DNA of 64,000 nt from NCBI RefSeq assembly GCF_009914755.1, contig NC_060947.1; one strand, 5' to 3'. A program made the translations under genes and the position numbers. Position 1 is the stretch's first letter, and every line of letters begins with the position of its first letter. The stretch is from the human T2T-CHM13v2.0 reference genome, Homo sapiens. Under the pieces are notes generated by a model. It worked only from the letters and a program-made list of their open reading frames with translations, did not search any database and was not told where the DNA came from. Below, one piece after another: positions 30,160-44,960 of this stretch.

Positions 30160-31350
30160 TGTCCGATTTAATGATATAAAATTTACCTACAGTATAATTT
30201 AACCCTTTTATGAATACAATTCTATGAGTTTTGTAAAACAAATGTAGAGATGTAACTACCACCACAACTAAGATATTGAGTATATCACCCCACAAAGTTC
30301 CACTTTGCTTCTTTGAAGTCAGTCTCCTCCCACCAATCCCCAGTTCCTGGAAACTACTGATCTGTTTTGTGTACCTATAGCTTTGTTTTTTCCAGAATGT
30401 TGTATTAATGGAACCATATAAAATGTGGCCTTTTGTCTCTCACTGTTTTCACTCAGCATGACGCTTCTGAGATTCATTTATGTTGTGCATATCAGTACTT
30501 GTTTCTTTTTATATCTGAGCAGTATTCCATTACATGGATATACCAAAGTTTGTTTATACATTTACCTATTAATAGAGCATTTGGATTGTTTCTAGTTTGG
30601 GGCAATTATGAACAGTGCTGCTATGAACTTTCTCTTAGAAGTACTTGCGTAGACAAGCATTTCCATTCTATTAGTAAATTACCTAGGAGTAGAAATGCTG
30701 AGTTGTATGCTGTGTTAAAAGAAACTCCCATACAGTTTTCCAAAGTGGCAGTATCATTTTGCATTTCCACTAGTATTTGATAAGATTTCCAATTGCTTTG
30801 CATCCTTGGCAGTATTGTCAGTTTTTTTTTTTGTTTTTTTGTTTTTTGTTTTTTTTTTTATTATAAGCCAGGCATAGCCCCAGTTACTTGGGAGGCTGAG
30901 GCAGGAGGCTCGCTTGAACCCAGGAGTTTGAGGTTGCAGTGAGCTAGGATCACTCCACTGTACTCCAGCATGGGCAACAGAGTGAAACCCCATATCTAGA
31001 AAATATTTAAAAATAGTTAAGTAAAAACTGTAGACATTCTCTTGGGTTTTCAGTGGCATTGCATTGTGCTTTTAGTTTGCATTGCCCTAATGACTAATTA
31101 TATTGAACATTGCCCTAATGACTAATGATATTGAACATTCATGAGCTTCATGAGTGTATTTGCCATCTGTTTCTCGTGTGTAATCAAATCTTTTGATCAT
31201 TTTTTAATTGAGTTGTTTGTTTTGTTTGATTATTGGAATGTGACAGTTCTTTAGATATTTCTCGATATGAGTTTTTAAAATCAGATACATGATTTGCAAA
31301 TATTTTATCCAAACTCTTGACTAGCTTTTTTATTCTCTTACCAGTGTCCT
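30160..31350 (-). mobile_element. Old L1 (L1MC/MD-like) 3' region
   Basis: cagtattccattacatggatataccaaagtttgtttat, ttttccaaagtggcagtatcattttgcatttccac. Confidence 0.85.
30866..31005 (+). mobile_element. Alu monomer (FLAM/FRAM-like) inside L1
   Basis: Single Alu arm ...cagttacttgggaggctgaggcaggaggctcgcttgaacccaggagtttgaggttgcagtgagc. Confidence 0.85.
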
Positions 31351-31481
31351 ATTATACACTCTCATTTGCAGTGAATTGGGGTTGTTTCTTGCCTTCACCC
31401 CTGTCATCTTGGACAGCAGGGTAAGGAGATAGGTGGTGCCATTGGCTTCTGGTCCAATGCATAACACTCTGGCTTAAGGTC

Positions 31482-31804
31482 TATTATGGGTTGAATGTTT
31501 TGTGTTTACCCCTAATTTACATGATGAAATCCTAACCCCCCAATGAGATGGTATTAAGAGATGGGGCCTTTAGGACATAATTAGGTCATGAGAGCTTGTT
31601 CTTGCTCTCTGCTCTCCATTATGTGAGGATACAATGAGAAGATAGACATCTGCAAACCAAGAGGTGGGCCCCCACCAGACACTGGATTTGCCAGCACCTT
31701 GATCTTGGACTTCCCAGCCTCCAGAACCATGAGAAATAAATGTTTACTGTTCAAGCCACCCAGTCTCTGGTACTTTGTTATAGCAGCTCATGCTGACTAA
31801 GACA
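31482..31804 (+). mobile_element. MaLR solo LTR (MSTD/MLT1A-like)
   Basis: cttgatcttggacttcccagcctccagaaccatgagaaataaa...gactaagaca end; 5-bp TSD AGGTC (31477-31481/31805-31809). Confidence 0.9.
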
Positions 31805-31849
31805 AGGTCAGTCTCCAGAGAGAAGAATATTGACCTAAACATTGGATTC

Positions 31850-32038
31850 TTCACTTCTCTAACTGCAGAGTACATAGAATAATTGGGAAAGTTTGATTAG
31901 TATGCAGATTTCCAAGCTCCACTTCCAGAAATGTTTATTCAGTACCTGTGAAGTGAGACCTAGATTGTTGCGATATTTAATAAGCAGCCAGATTATCCTG
32001 ATATAGGTGGCTCTGGGATGAGACTTTGAGAAATCCTG
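31850..32038. mobile_element. hAT-Charlie MITE (MER5-like)
   Basis: atgcagatttccaagctccacttccaga...agactttgagaaatcctg. Confidence 0.6.
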
Positions 32039-32350
32039 AATATCTAAAGCCACTCATGATGCTTCATGTCTGGTGTGGTAAAGATGCGAAGTCTATGTCC
32101 AGGCCTAAACAAGATGGTGAGGTGTAAGTCAGAGCAGGGGATGTTGCCACACAATTAGACAAAAAGAGAAGAATCACCAAGAATGCAGGGATTTTAGGGC
32201 ATTTATACTGAACATTCAGCCTGTTCCCTCATCCATCACTCTGCTATCATAGGCATGTCGTAATAAAAGTGGCTTTCATGTGTGATATTTTATTTGAATA
32301 TAAACTGGAGGGGAAAGGTTGTTGACAAATAAATAAATTTTGGCACACTA

Positions 32351-32498
<148 letters not shown>

Positions 32499-32811
32499 TC
32501 AATTCTTAACCTTGATCCTGAATAAGAATATTGTCTCCTTATGTCATACATTACTGGGCTGCCAGCTATGGTGCTGTGATGGATTCTGGTTCATATTTTT
32601 AGGTCCACTGTTCTTACAGGAAGTCATCATGACCTTTTTCAACAGGGATGTGTGGAAGCTCTTTGGTCTTACAGTAATACTTTTCTAGACAAAAGTAGAA
32701 CTTGTCCTGCTTATTTTCAAAAAAATTCATGAAGGATATTGGAGTATGAATCATTATTGTGTTTTAGAGAAAAGGAAACACAGACAGTAGCAACAAAACA
32801 CCCAACTTCTA

Positions 32812-33541
32812 TGTAAGGGCAAAGGGAATTTTTCCCTTCCCCTCTGAAGGTTTGAGTCTGCTGAAATAAACTGATAAAGAGGAGAAAGGGCATACAAGTT
32901 TATTAATGTGTAAGTGTGTATGGGAGCCATACAAAATATGATACTAAAAGAAGGGCCAGATGGGTGAAGCTTAAATAGCACATTCTTCACAGAAGGGAGA
33001 GAAATAGAGGAATGTAGGCAATTTTGAGGTGTAATGAATGATTTTCAGGGGAAATGAATAAGCCCATAGAAGAGACAATAGCCTGGGACAAAATTTCTCT
33101 GAGCTCTGGAGAGGTGGCTGACAAATTTCAAGAAAGTGAGGGGTAGAACTTCACTATGAACAAAGGTTGTCTTATTATGTAAGTAAAATCTTCCAGGTAA
33201 TCTCTTGGACCTTGCCTCAGAAGAATAGAAGTCTGCCTGGGCATGGAGGTGACTTTTAGTCTTTTCTCCTCTTTGGTGGCCAATCTTTCCTGGTTATTTG
33301 ATGAGATTCATAGATAAGGGGTTTTAAGAAAATTGAATCTCTTTTCCAAGAAGTTTTCTTCCCACAGATAAAGGAACTCCCAGAGAGAGCCCCTTCATGC
33401 ACTTTAGGGGTAGAAACAAGGGAAGGTTACAAAGTCCTTGGTTCTAAAGGCAGCTTTTAAGGACTTCCAATTTCCTTCACTTCAAAAGTGCTCAGCATGC
33501 CACAGCTGATACTTTGGGGTATCATTCTCTGAGCCCCAACC
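32812..33541 (-). mobile_element. ERV1 solo LTR (MER39/MER34 family)
   Basis: Minus strand starts gttggggctcagagaatgataccccaaag; ~730 bp; 4-bp TSD TCTA (32808-32811/33542-33545). Confidence 0.8.
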
Positions 33542-34579
33542 TCTATAAAATCCAGGCATCCAGATATTTGGACTATGTAATACCAAACAAACCAGTTGAT
33601 CTGTTTTTCCTGAATTGGACAAACTATTCTGACATTGCATAAGTACAACCAGCATGATTTAAGTTTTATTTGCAGACAGAAACCAACTGGGACTGACCTG
33701 ATTTTCTATGTTAATTAATCAAATATTGTTGTTCAAACATTTTGGTACCTCTCAGCTAAAAGAATTTAAAAGTCCTGTTACTTTAATCCTGTTGTGGAAT
33801 GTTTTTTAAAACTTATAGCTAATTAACAATCTTCATGGGCAACTAGAGCACCTCAGGCTCTGGTAAACATAAGGGATCAATGGTTATTAATCAAAGGTGG
33901 TGTAGTTGGAAGAAGCCTGGAGTAGGAGGCAAGAGACCTAGGTTCTACTGCTTGCTTGAGCTGAACTGTGCTTCCTTAAGCTTCCATGAGAGTAGATACC
34001 TTCTAGCAAAAAAAAAAATAAGAGAGAGAGAGAGAGACTAGATACTTAAGGAAACATACATTTGTAAAAAGACTAAAACCAAAGTGATTAACTACTGTCT
34101 AAATATAATTCATTCCCAAAACAGGCAAGCAAACAAACAACAAAACAATCCTAACAATGTAGGTGTTTATGTACCTCCCATATAAAAAGGATCTGAAACC
34201 CTGAAGCCACAGGATTCAACCAGGCAAGTAGAGAATTATTTTCTTTATTTTAAAACAATACTAAAGTCATGCATAATTAATGCTGAAAAATTAGAAAATA
34301 AGGAAAAAGAAACTAATCAATGAATAAAATCAATTAAAACTCTACCACCCAGTAAAAACCACTGCTAGCATATCAGTGCTATATTCGTCCATAGATCCAT
34401 ATACATACATGATGCATGTATATTTCAAATGGGATCATGTTGTAGCCACTGTCCTGAAATCCTGAAATCTGCTTCTTTGAGCTAATGCCGTATTGTGAAG
34501 CAGCTTGCGTGCTAATAAATATGCATCTTCATCACCCATTGTAATGACTACATTATATTCCATTGTAGGCTTGAAAATA

Positions 34580-34785
34580 TTAACAACTAACAAACCTAGT
34601 GCTTCCTCTGTGCCCAGCACTTTTCTAAGCACTGTAACAGCATGCCTGTGAGGTAGGTAGTATGATTACTCCTGTTTTACAGAGAAACTGAGTTAAGGAG
34701 AAGGTAATTAACTTGCCATTTGGGGTTCAACCCCAAATGGTCCAGGATCAGAGTCCAAGCTCTGAACACCTGGCCATGCTGCTCC
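34580..34785 (-). mobile_element. MIR SINE with internal palindromic rearrangement
   Basis: cctgtgaggtaggtagtatgattactcctgttttacagagaaactgag. Confidence 0.75.
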
Positions 34786-36926
34786 TTGCCTCTTCCTTTT
34801 GGTTGGATCTTTATGTTATGTCTAATAGTTCATTATTTTAAACAGTGCAGGTTAATTTAAACCTCTACGTCCTCAAAAGAGTGGTGGTGGAGGGTGGAGG
34901 TAGAAGGGGAAGCATTGATAAGAGATGACTTTTTAATAAGAGAGTAACAGAGAGACATTCTTTTGGATAAAATCAGATTAGAAGGTGTTCATTCTCATGG
35001 TAAAAGTGAGAGCTCATAAAATCACTGTAGTTACTTAGGGGAGGGGGAATTTTCAGGCATGTGCAGAAGGCGTATTTGCAGGACTGTGAGACAGACAGAT
35101 TTCACCAATTACATAGATCTACATGGAAGAAAATGTTAATAGCAACTGCGTAGTAGAAAAGAGTAGCCCTGCTAATGAAAATACAGAGTTAATTTTCTGT
35201 AGTCTGAACTTTGACCCATTGTGAAGACAGAAATAGAAGTCCTTGGCAATTAGAGTAGGAACTTGCTGTGAAGGAAGTGAACATTCATTTGAGACTGGGT
35301 GTGGTGGGAAATAAAGCAAATGATGACTCACAGACAGATCAGCGGACAAGGCGAGGCTAGGCCTGGGAGGAGCGAGGAGACCTGAACGAAGCTAGGCAGG
35401 CGCTTCTCTGTTCAGACTCACAAGGCATCACTGGCTCACTCTGGACACAGAATATCTTTACTGATAGCTGCACATCATTATTATTTCATTTTACAAATTA
35501 CACAACTGGCATATTCCCACTGTAGAATAGTTTTAAAGTGAGATGAATAAGAAGAAAGTAAAGTGAAATCCATCCATTACCTTAGACATTCTTAGATACC
35601 CATATTAAGAGTTGGCATATATTTTCACATTATTTTCCTATATACTTTTAAAATAAAGATGGGATTTTCACCACTCAACAATAAACATATAATTGCATCA
35701 TTTTTCATATAATGGGATGCTATGTAGCCATTAGAAATGATAAAAATATGTTATTTGACCAAATAGTAATGGGCATTGTGCGTACATGGTCTTAACTAGC
35801 CAGTAACCATTTTTCCTTTGGTTCATGGAATTCATGAATTCTACAAAGTTAATCTTATATTGGGGTGATCTCATTGACTTTTAAGTGCCACTGCAGTTAA
35901 GTAAGAGTGGGGATGGGGTATGAACTTCAGGAGTGAAAAAAAACAAAAACAAAAACAAAACAAAATGCTTTATTACAATATCTTTTCCAAACTACTTTGG
36001 ATGGCCCCGAGGAGGTCAGAAAAAGAGGAGAGCGATTATCATTAATCTTATTCCTCTCTTTACAGCCACATTAACCTGAAAGAACAAAAATGTAGAATAC
36101 CTTCCTCATCTTCTCACTTTTTCTTTAACTCTCACATAGTAAGGAATCCAGAAGAATAAGGCTACAAAGCTACAGGCAAAACAGTAACAGGAATGGCAAG
36201 CATGTCCTGTTTGTGGACTAAAAACACAGAGCATTCCTTGGAAAGCCAAACTTTTGATATTGAGATTAGAAAGAGGTTTTCTAGGGCAGCACATGTCCAA
36301 GTATTAAACACAAGTCAGATCTTATGAAAGTCTAAGCAGGTCATAAAACAACCCAATGAGCTTAGAAGAGTGGAGAGCTATAGTTAGAGTGCCTGGACCC
36401 TTGATTATCTTATTTCCATGAGCTCTAATTAGCATAGTACAGAAGACATTAATGCAATCAGCCACAATTATTTATTGAGTTTCTACTATGTGTCAGATGG
36501 TTTTTTGGGTCGTGGGTATGTAATACCGAACAAAAGCATCATGGTGCCTACCCTCACAGAACTTATAAATTAGCAGCAGGGTGGGGAGTGGGGGGTGGTA
36601 AACAAGTGAACAGGTAGACAAATCATTCTAAAGAGGGACAAGATTCTAAATAGACATTTTTCCAAATAGGCTATTCAAATGGCTAATACCCACGTGGAAA
36701 GATCCTCAATTAGTCATAAGGGAAATACAAATCAAAACCACAATGAGATATTTCATCAAACACACAAGAAGGGCTATTATAAAAAAAGACAAACAACAAC
36801 AAATGTTGGTGAGGATGTGGAGAAATTAGAACTCTTTTACACTGCTGATGGGATTGTAAAATGGTAGAGCCACTTTGGAAAGCAGTTTGACAGTTCCTCA
36901 AAAGTTTAAACATAGAGTTACCATAT

Positions 36927-37517
36927 TGTTACCTTATGCAATAAAGAATTTGGGTCGAGCCCATAGGGTAAAGTGAAAGAAAGTAAAGGAATAAAAGAAT
37001 GGCTACTCTATAGGAGTAGGATCACTCCATAGTAGTGGCATGAGCTGCCCGACTGAGTATACTTATGGTTATTTCTTGATCATATGCTAAACAAGGGGTG
37101 GATTATTCTTGAGGTTTCTGGGAAAGAGGTGGGCAATTCCTGGAAGTAAAGGCTCCTCCCATTTGTAGATCATTTAGGGTAACTTCTGGACATTGCCATG
37201 GCATTTGTAAACTGTCATGGTGCTGGTGGAAGTGCCTCTTAGCATGCCAACGCGTTATAACTAGTGTATAATGAGCAGTGAGGACAACCAGAGTTCACTT
37301 ACGTTGCCACCTTGGTTTTGGTGGGTTTTGACCAGCTTCTTTACTGCAACCTGTTTTATCAGCAAGGTCTTATTGACCTGTATCTTCTGCTGACCTCCTA
37401 TCTCACCCTGTGACTGAAAATGCCTAACCTACTGGGAATGCAGCCCAGCAGGTCTCAGCCTTATTTTACTCAGCCCCTATTCAAGATGGAGTCACTCCGG
37501 TTTGAACGTCTCTGACA
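36927..37517 (-). mobile_element. ERV1 solo LTR, MER41B-like
   Basis: Minus strand starts tgtcagagacgttcaaaccggagtgactccatcttgaataggggctg; TG...CA; 4-bp TSD ATAT (36923-36926/37518-37521). Confidence 0.92.
37116..37145. promoter_or_regulatory. Tandem GAS (STAT) motifs within MER41B
   Basis: TTCTGGGAA 37116-37124 and TTCCTGGAA 37137-37145 both match TTCNNNGAA; activity is inferred. Confidence 0.6.
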
Positions 37518-38858
37518 ATATGACCCTGCAAGTTCTGTCCTAAAGAAAATAAAAACATACATCCACACAAAAACTTGTACACAAATGTTCATAGCAGCAT
37601 TATTGATAAAAGACAAGAAGTAGAAACAACCCAAATGCCCAGCAACAGATGAATGGATCAACAAAACATGAATAAATAAAATATACATATGGTGGAATAT
37701 TATTCAACCATAAAAAGGATTGAATTATTGATACATGCTACAACATGGATCAACCTTGAAAGCATCATGCTAAGTGAAAGAAGTCAGTCACAAAATGCCA
37801 GAAATTGTATAATCCCATTTATAAGAGATGTCCAAAATAGGCAAATCCATAGAGACAGAAAGTAGGTTAATGGTTGCCAGGGACTGAGGGTATGGGGGAA
37901 TGGGGCGAGACTGCTAATGGATATGGGGTTTTCTTTGGAGGTGATAAAAATGTTCTAAAGTTGATCGTGGTAACAGCTACACATCTTTGTGAATGTACTA
38001 ACAGCCACTGAATTGTACACTTTAACAGGATCAATTGTACGACTCGTGAGTTATTCCTTAACAAAGCTGTAAAAAACAAAAGGTGATGAAGTGTGTTGAG
38101 GAAACAGAAAGAAGCCCTGAGACACGAAAGGGCCTTGTGTGCTCCAGGAATGAAAGAGGAGGCCCGTGTGATCGAATGCTCTAGAGGGCTCGGAGGGGAC
38201 AGCGGATCTCGTGTTTAGGCACATGAAGTCAGTAATTATAGGCAGTTTGGGATTATGTTCAATGGGCAGTGGAAAGTCCTAGAAGCCTCTAACACCCAGC
38301 AGTTATGTGACCCAACTTTTATCTTTAATAGCTCTTTGTTCCTGAATTGTTAGGGCAGAACTAGATTGCTATTATAGCTCCTAAAACCAGATAGAGATCA
38401 TTAACTTAAAAATTTGGAGTTAAAATTAGCAAGGGGCTATTTTCTTTTGATTTAGGACACATACTAGGAAAATGAGGATATCAAAATACTTCTTTCTTAA
38501 TAGCACAAAAGAAGAGCCTTATTATAGTAAATAATGTAAGTTTTTCATTTTTTAAACCTAAGCATATTCTGTTGCTTCTATAGGACACAAGTTGAGAATT
38601 AAACCATTTATTCATGCTCAGTATCACATTTATATTACACATAGGTTCAGGTTTAATTGCATTTAAGAGAAGGAGGGAGTAGAAGATGTTTAGCAAAGGT
38701 CATGGTGGAGTGAGCCAAGGCATTCCTGTATGTCAAATGTGGGATCATTGGTCTATCCCCACAGGGCACAGGGGACCGGGAATTCTTCTGGCTTCTTGGT
38801 TGAAAATGTGAAGATGTTATTGGGACTAATGATTGAATTGTACAGATCTGGAGACTAA

Positions 38859-39328
<470 letters not shown>

Positions 39329-39488
39329 AGATGCCCAGGTTTTTGTGAACCCTTTCCAAGTTCTTCAACAGCGTGAGGCTTGTGAAACTTCTGGAAAAAA
39401 TTTCCCTTCACTCCTGGCAGTGACATGAGCAAGACAAGAAACAAAATATAGGAAGAGTGGCGCTTAACAATTTTAGTAGAACATTCAG

Positions 39489-39559
39489 GTACACACATGT
39501 GTGCACATGCACACACACACACACACCGCCCCCCCCGCCCCCCCCGCCCCCCACCACCC
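39489..39559. repeat. (CA)n purine-pyrimidine tract fused to C-rich runs
   Basis: gtacacacatgtgtgcacatgc(ac)n then long C runs separated by single G/A. Confidence 0.9.
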
Positions 39560-40010
39560 TGCGAAGCACCATGCTAGGGAATTCCAAATATGTTAGAACC
39601 TGGTGAAGAGAATCCATGGGGAGGAGAGAAGATTGGCGAGCCTGATTCTTCATAATTTAATTACCATTATCTTTGAATGCATTCCATTGCTTGATTGTAT
39701 TATAATTTACTTAGTCTTGTAACTATAAACCTTCAGGTTTCTTTCAACTTTTTAGCATGACAATGTTGAAACATGTATCTATCTATCTACATCTCTGCTG
39801 GGACTAAAATCATGTGTCATATCATCTTTAAAAGAAGTCACCAAATTGCTGTCCAAAAACATTGAAGAACTTTATATGTCCATCAACAAGTGTATATAAA
39901 TGTATCCTAACACCCTTGCCATTACTAGGTGTTATAAAATTTAAACTTTTTGGGCAACCCATAGTTTAGTATGATATCTCATTGTTATTTTGATTTTGAT
40001 TTTGATTTTT

Positions 40011-40282
<272 letters not shown>

Positions 40283-40598
40283 GATTTTTGATTCTTAAAT
40301 TATAAGTCAGAATGAGTTCACTGGCCGTTTTTTTCCCCTCCCTTCCCTTCCAGAAACTTCCTGCTTGCCTGTTTTCTATTGGATTATCCATCTGTTCTTA
40401 ATGATTTGTGTGAGCTCACTGTCATATCTGTTGCAGTATTTGCTCCAGTCTTTCGGTTTAGAAATAACGTTTTCTGAAATAAAGAAGTTTATATTTTTTA
40501 TGTAGTTAGGTTTATAAATAATTCTCTTTATGGCTTCTGGATTTTATCTCTGGCCTAGAAGGCTGTTTTTTTCACCAAGATTAAAAATACATTCACTC

Positions 40599-41473
<875 letters not shown>

Positions 41474-41559
41474 TAAAAATAAAATCACTCAAATTACTTT
41501 CTAGGCCTTTATATTTTATTTCCTATATTTAAATCTTCCCATTTCTGCATTTATTATTT

Positions 41560-42375
41560 TTATTTTCTATCTCTTCTTGACTCAATTAGGGTAAACATTT
41601 TCTCTTAGGAAAACATTCACTTCATTGAAATTTTAAAATTTATTTGCGTGAAATTATGGTAAATAACAATTAAAAAAATTTCTCTTTGCTTAATTATCTA
41701 TTTTCATTCTTAATTCTGTACCTTCCCCATTTGTCTTGATGGGGCTAGCTAGCACCTTGTTTTATTTTATTACTTTTAAAAAGAGCCAGCTCTTCTGTTT
41801 CTTAGTTCTCTGGTTTTCCTGTTTTCTAATTTATTGGTTTCTGCTTTTACATTTATTAATTTCTTTCTTCTCTTTTCTTAGGTTAATTTTATGTTTCTTT
41901 TTATAAATTCTTGCGCTAAATGTGCAATTAACTAATTAACTAAAATTTTTAGTAAAGTAAGTGTTTAAATTCATAGCTTAAAGGTATAGAACAGCCATAT
42001 TCCACACGTTTTGACATGTATTATTTTCGTTATTATTTTCTAGACATTCTAGTATTTTAGTTAATATTTTCATTTCAACACAAATGTACTTAAAAGGAGA
42101 ATTTTCTTTTAAATCTCAGTGGTGGGTTTTTTTTCCCTCTTTTTGTAATTATTTTCTACTTTAATTTACTATGGGTACAGAATAGCCCTGTTTTCTTTTA
42201 ATATTTGGGAAGCTGTTGAAGTTTACTTTTGTCACAGTGGGTGAAAAACATCCATTGTTTCCAAGAAGGTGTATTCCCTGTTACTGATTACTCAGTGCAC
42301 TTACTTTCTCTGCATTATCTGAGTTGAGAAGAGTGAATTGAAGTGTGGTTTCGAATTGATTCTATTATTTATTTT
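41560..42375 (-). mobile_element. Highly diverged L1 fragment
   Basis: T-rich L1-antisense composition with motifs such as aaaaagagccagctctt and tccacacgttttgacatgta. Confidence 0.55.
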
Positions 42376-42380
42376 AGTAT

Positions 42381-42694
42381 CTGATATGGTTTGGCTCTCT
42401 GTCTCCACTCAAATCTCATATTGAATTGTAATCCCCAGTGTTGGGGGAGGAAACTGGTGGGAGGTGATTGGATCAGGGGGCAGACCTCCCGCCTTACTGT
42501 TCTCATGACAGTGAGTGAGTTTTCACGAGATCTGGTTGTTTAAAAGTATGTAGCACTTCCCCCTTGGCTCTCTGTCCTGATCCACCATATGAAGATGTGC
42601 CAGCTTCCCCTTTGCCTTCTGCCATGATTGTAAGTTTCCTGAGGCCACCCAGCCATGCTTCCTATAAAGCCTGCAGAACCATCAGCCAAGTAAC
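42381..42694 (+). mobile_element. MaLR LTR (MSTA/THE1-like), 3'-truncated
   Basis: tgatatggtttggctct start; gccttctgccatgattgtaagtttcctgaggcc; abuts an L1 fragment at ~42695-42790. Confidence 0.88.
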
Positions 42695-42783
42695 TGTTTG
42701 AGTCCTTGTTTTCAATTCTTTTGGGTATAGAGCTAGGTGTGGAATTGCTGTGTCATATGGTAATTCCATGTTTAACTTTTTGA

Positions 42784-43122
<339 letters not shown>

Positions 43123-43430
43123 GTGGTTTTTCTTTTCTCCCATTCTATCACACTATTTCACAATAAGAACAAATAAAATAATCAGATAATGGAGAAGTTT
43201 CTCTATTTAATATCTCTACCTATCACCCCACTGAATGCCTTTAGTTCTACCAGGTATTCAAATGAATACATTTCATTTTATATCATTTATTTTCATTATT
43301 TTCGTTATATAACTCAACATAGCAGTTTCTAAAGGGCCAGAGATTTGTCTTAAGTCAGCAAGCAGGAAAGTGGATGAGGGAAAACACAGGGCCTGGGTAA
43401 CCTTCCCATTGCCTGTGACTAATCAAGAAT

Positions 43431-43638
43431 CAGGGCTGGCTTCATGGGTGTGCAACTTACGCCATCACATAAGGCCCTGTGCTTAGAAGAGCCCTGCACT
43501 GAGAAGGGCCCCGTGCTCAGAAGGACCTGGTGCTGGGCTTAATGATCTGCTGTGACTGGTTTGAAAATCTTAATAATTTTTGAACAGGAGGCCTCACATT
43601 GTTATTTTGCACTGGGCCTCGAAAATTATGTAAACTCT
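43431..43638. mobile_element. hAT-Tip100 MITE (MER91A-like)
   Basis: cagggctggcttcatgggtgtgca start; internal ~17-bp gccctgtgcttagaag repeats; ttttgcactgggcc. Confidence 0.7.
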
Positions 43639-44864
43639 ATTAAGAAGTGATGGTATCTATCTATGCCCATCCTGTATCCTAAAAAACAAGTTGTAAATTC
43701 TAAAAACAAATTCTAAAATGGGAATAAAAAAAGATATGTCTACCACTCAAGGTGGAAGCGTTCCAAATGTGGGTGGATACTAAACAGAATAGTAATAGAA
43801 TAACTGAAGTGTATTTAAAAACACAGACGACAGACCAAAGTCAGACAGAATTTTTACAAATGAATTTACTGTGTCTCCTATTGTTAGCCTGATAGAAGAC
43901 TTCAAAAAGTCATTGCAGGAAACTGAGCTCAAGTAAGAACAAATAGCAAACACATTCCTTCTACTCTCCAAGAAAAAGTGGGGAGGTTTCAGTTCTTATG
44001 CCTTCAAGTAGAACTGAACGATGCTCCCCCCACCCCCGCCCCTCCGCCCGTGCTTGGAAGGGCCTGGTAAAATCAAGAGTAAAATGCAATCCCAAGAGAT
44101 GAACTATAAAGAAAACATAATACTTTTGCAATAGCCTGCTAGGCTTTTCCATCATGTTTTGATTGCAGGAAAGATCAGGCTTTATGGGCTAAAGGAAAAA
44201 TAAATGAGTTCGTGATAAGCCAAAATCCTGCCCTCCCCTTTCCAGTATCAGCAGGGAGTAGAGGTTCTGGGTTTTTCCTAAGATCAGAGGAAACATGTCT
44301 TAAATTCAGGGTGGAATCACAACTGGCCAAAAACCTCATCAAGGCCTTCTTATCTGCTCCATCTGCTGGCTCTGAGTAATCTTTAGCAATTGCTCAATGG
44401 TGACGTCTTTAAAGAAATCCTGCCAAGAGCACCCTTTCCCTAGCCTTTCCTTAGTTACAACAATCTACAAAAGACCAAGGGTGAACGTCTGGGTGGAAGA
44501 GCTGGCCACCTCTGTATTTGTTCCTTGCTACAAGTGGGTATGAGAAGTATCCTAGGAGACAGATTTTCCAGGACAATGATTAGCCAAACAGTCCTATCCA
44601 GAGGCCTTCCAATAAACCAGATTAGCTGTGATGTGATTATGTAATTATATGGCATGTTTCAAGGAGACACCGTAAACTACAATCAACAATTTGGCATCGC
44701 GCAGCAACTTGGGGTGTAACCTATTTCAGGAAGAGCCAAATTGGATACCAAAAATGGAAGGACTTGCTCTCATAGGGAAAGAATAGTGAAGGGAAGTGTT
44801 TGGTGATGGTGAAAAATATAACATATTTGGAATTTTTAATAAAGAGTTTCTTAGAAGCATCTTA

Positions 44865-44960
44865 TAACATCTGTCCACATCCCTGATTCCCCTTTACAGC
44901 TCATGGCCTGAGTTAACATCTGTCCACATCCCTGATTCCCCTTTACAGCTCATGGCCTGA

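Larger units (their letters stand above)
36640..38075 (+). mobile_element. L1MB-type LINE 3' region interrupted by MER41B
   Basis: aatcaaaaccacaatgagata, gttggtgaggatgtggagaaat, catagagttaccatat|gaccctgca continuity across the LTR. Confidence 0.9.

Noticed and set aside
43460-43545. Three to four ~17-bp direct repeats resembling a mini array
   Set aside because: Internal repeats of a MER91-like MITE; no unique spacers, not CRISPR-like
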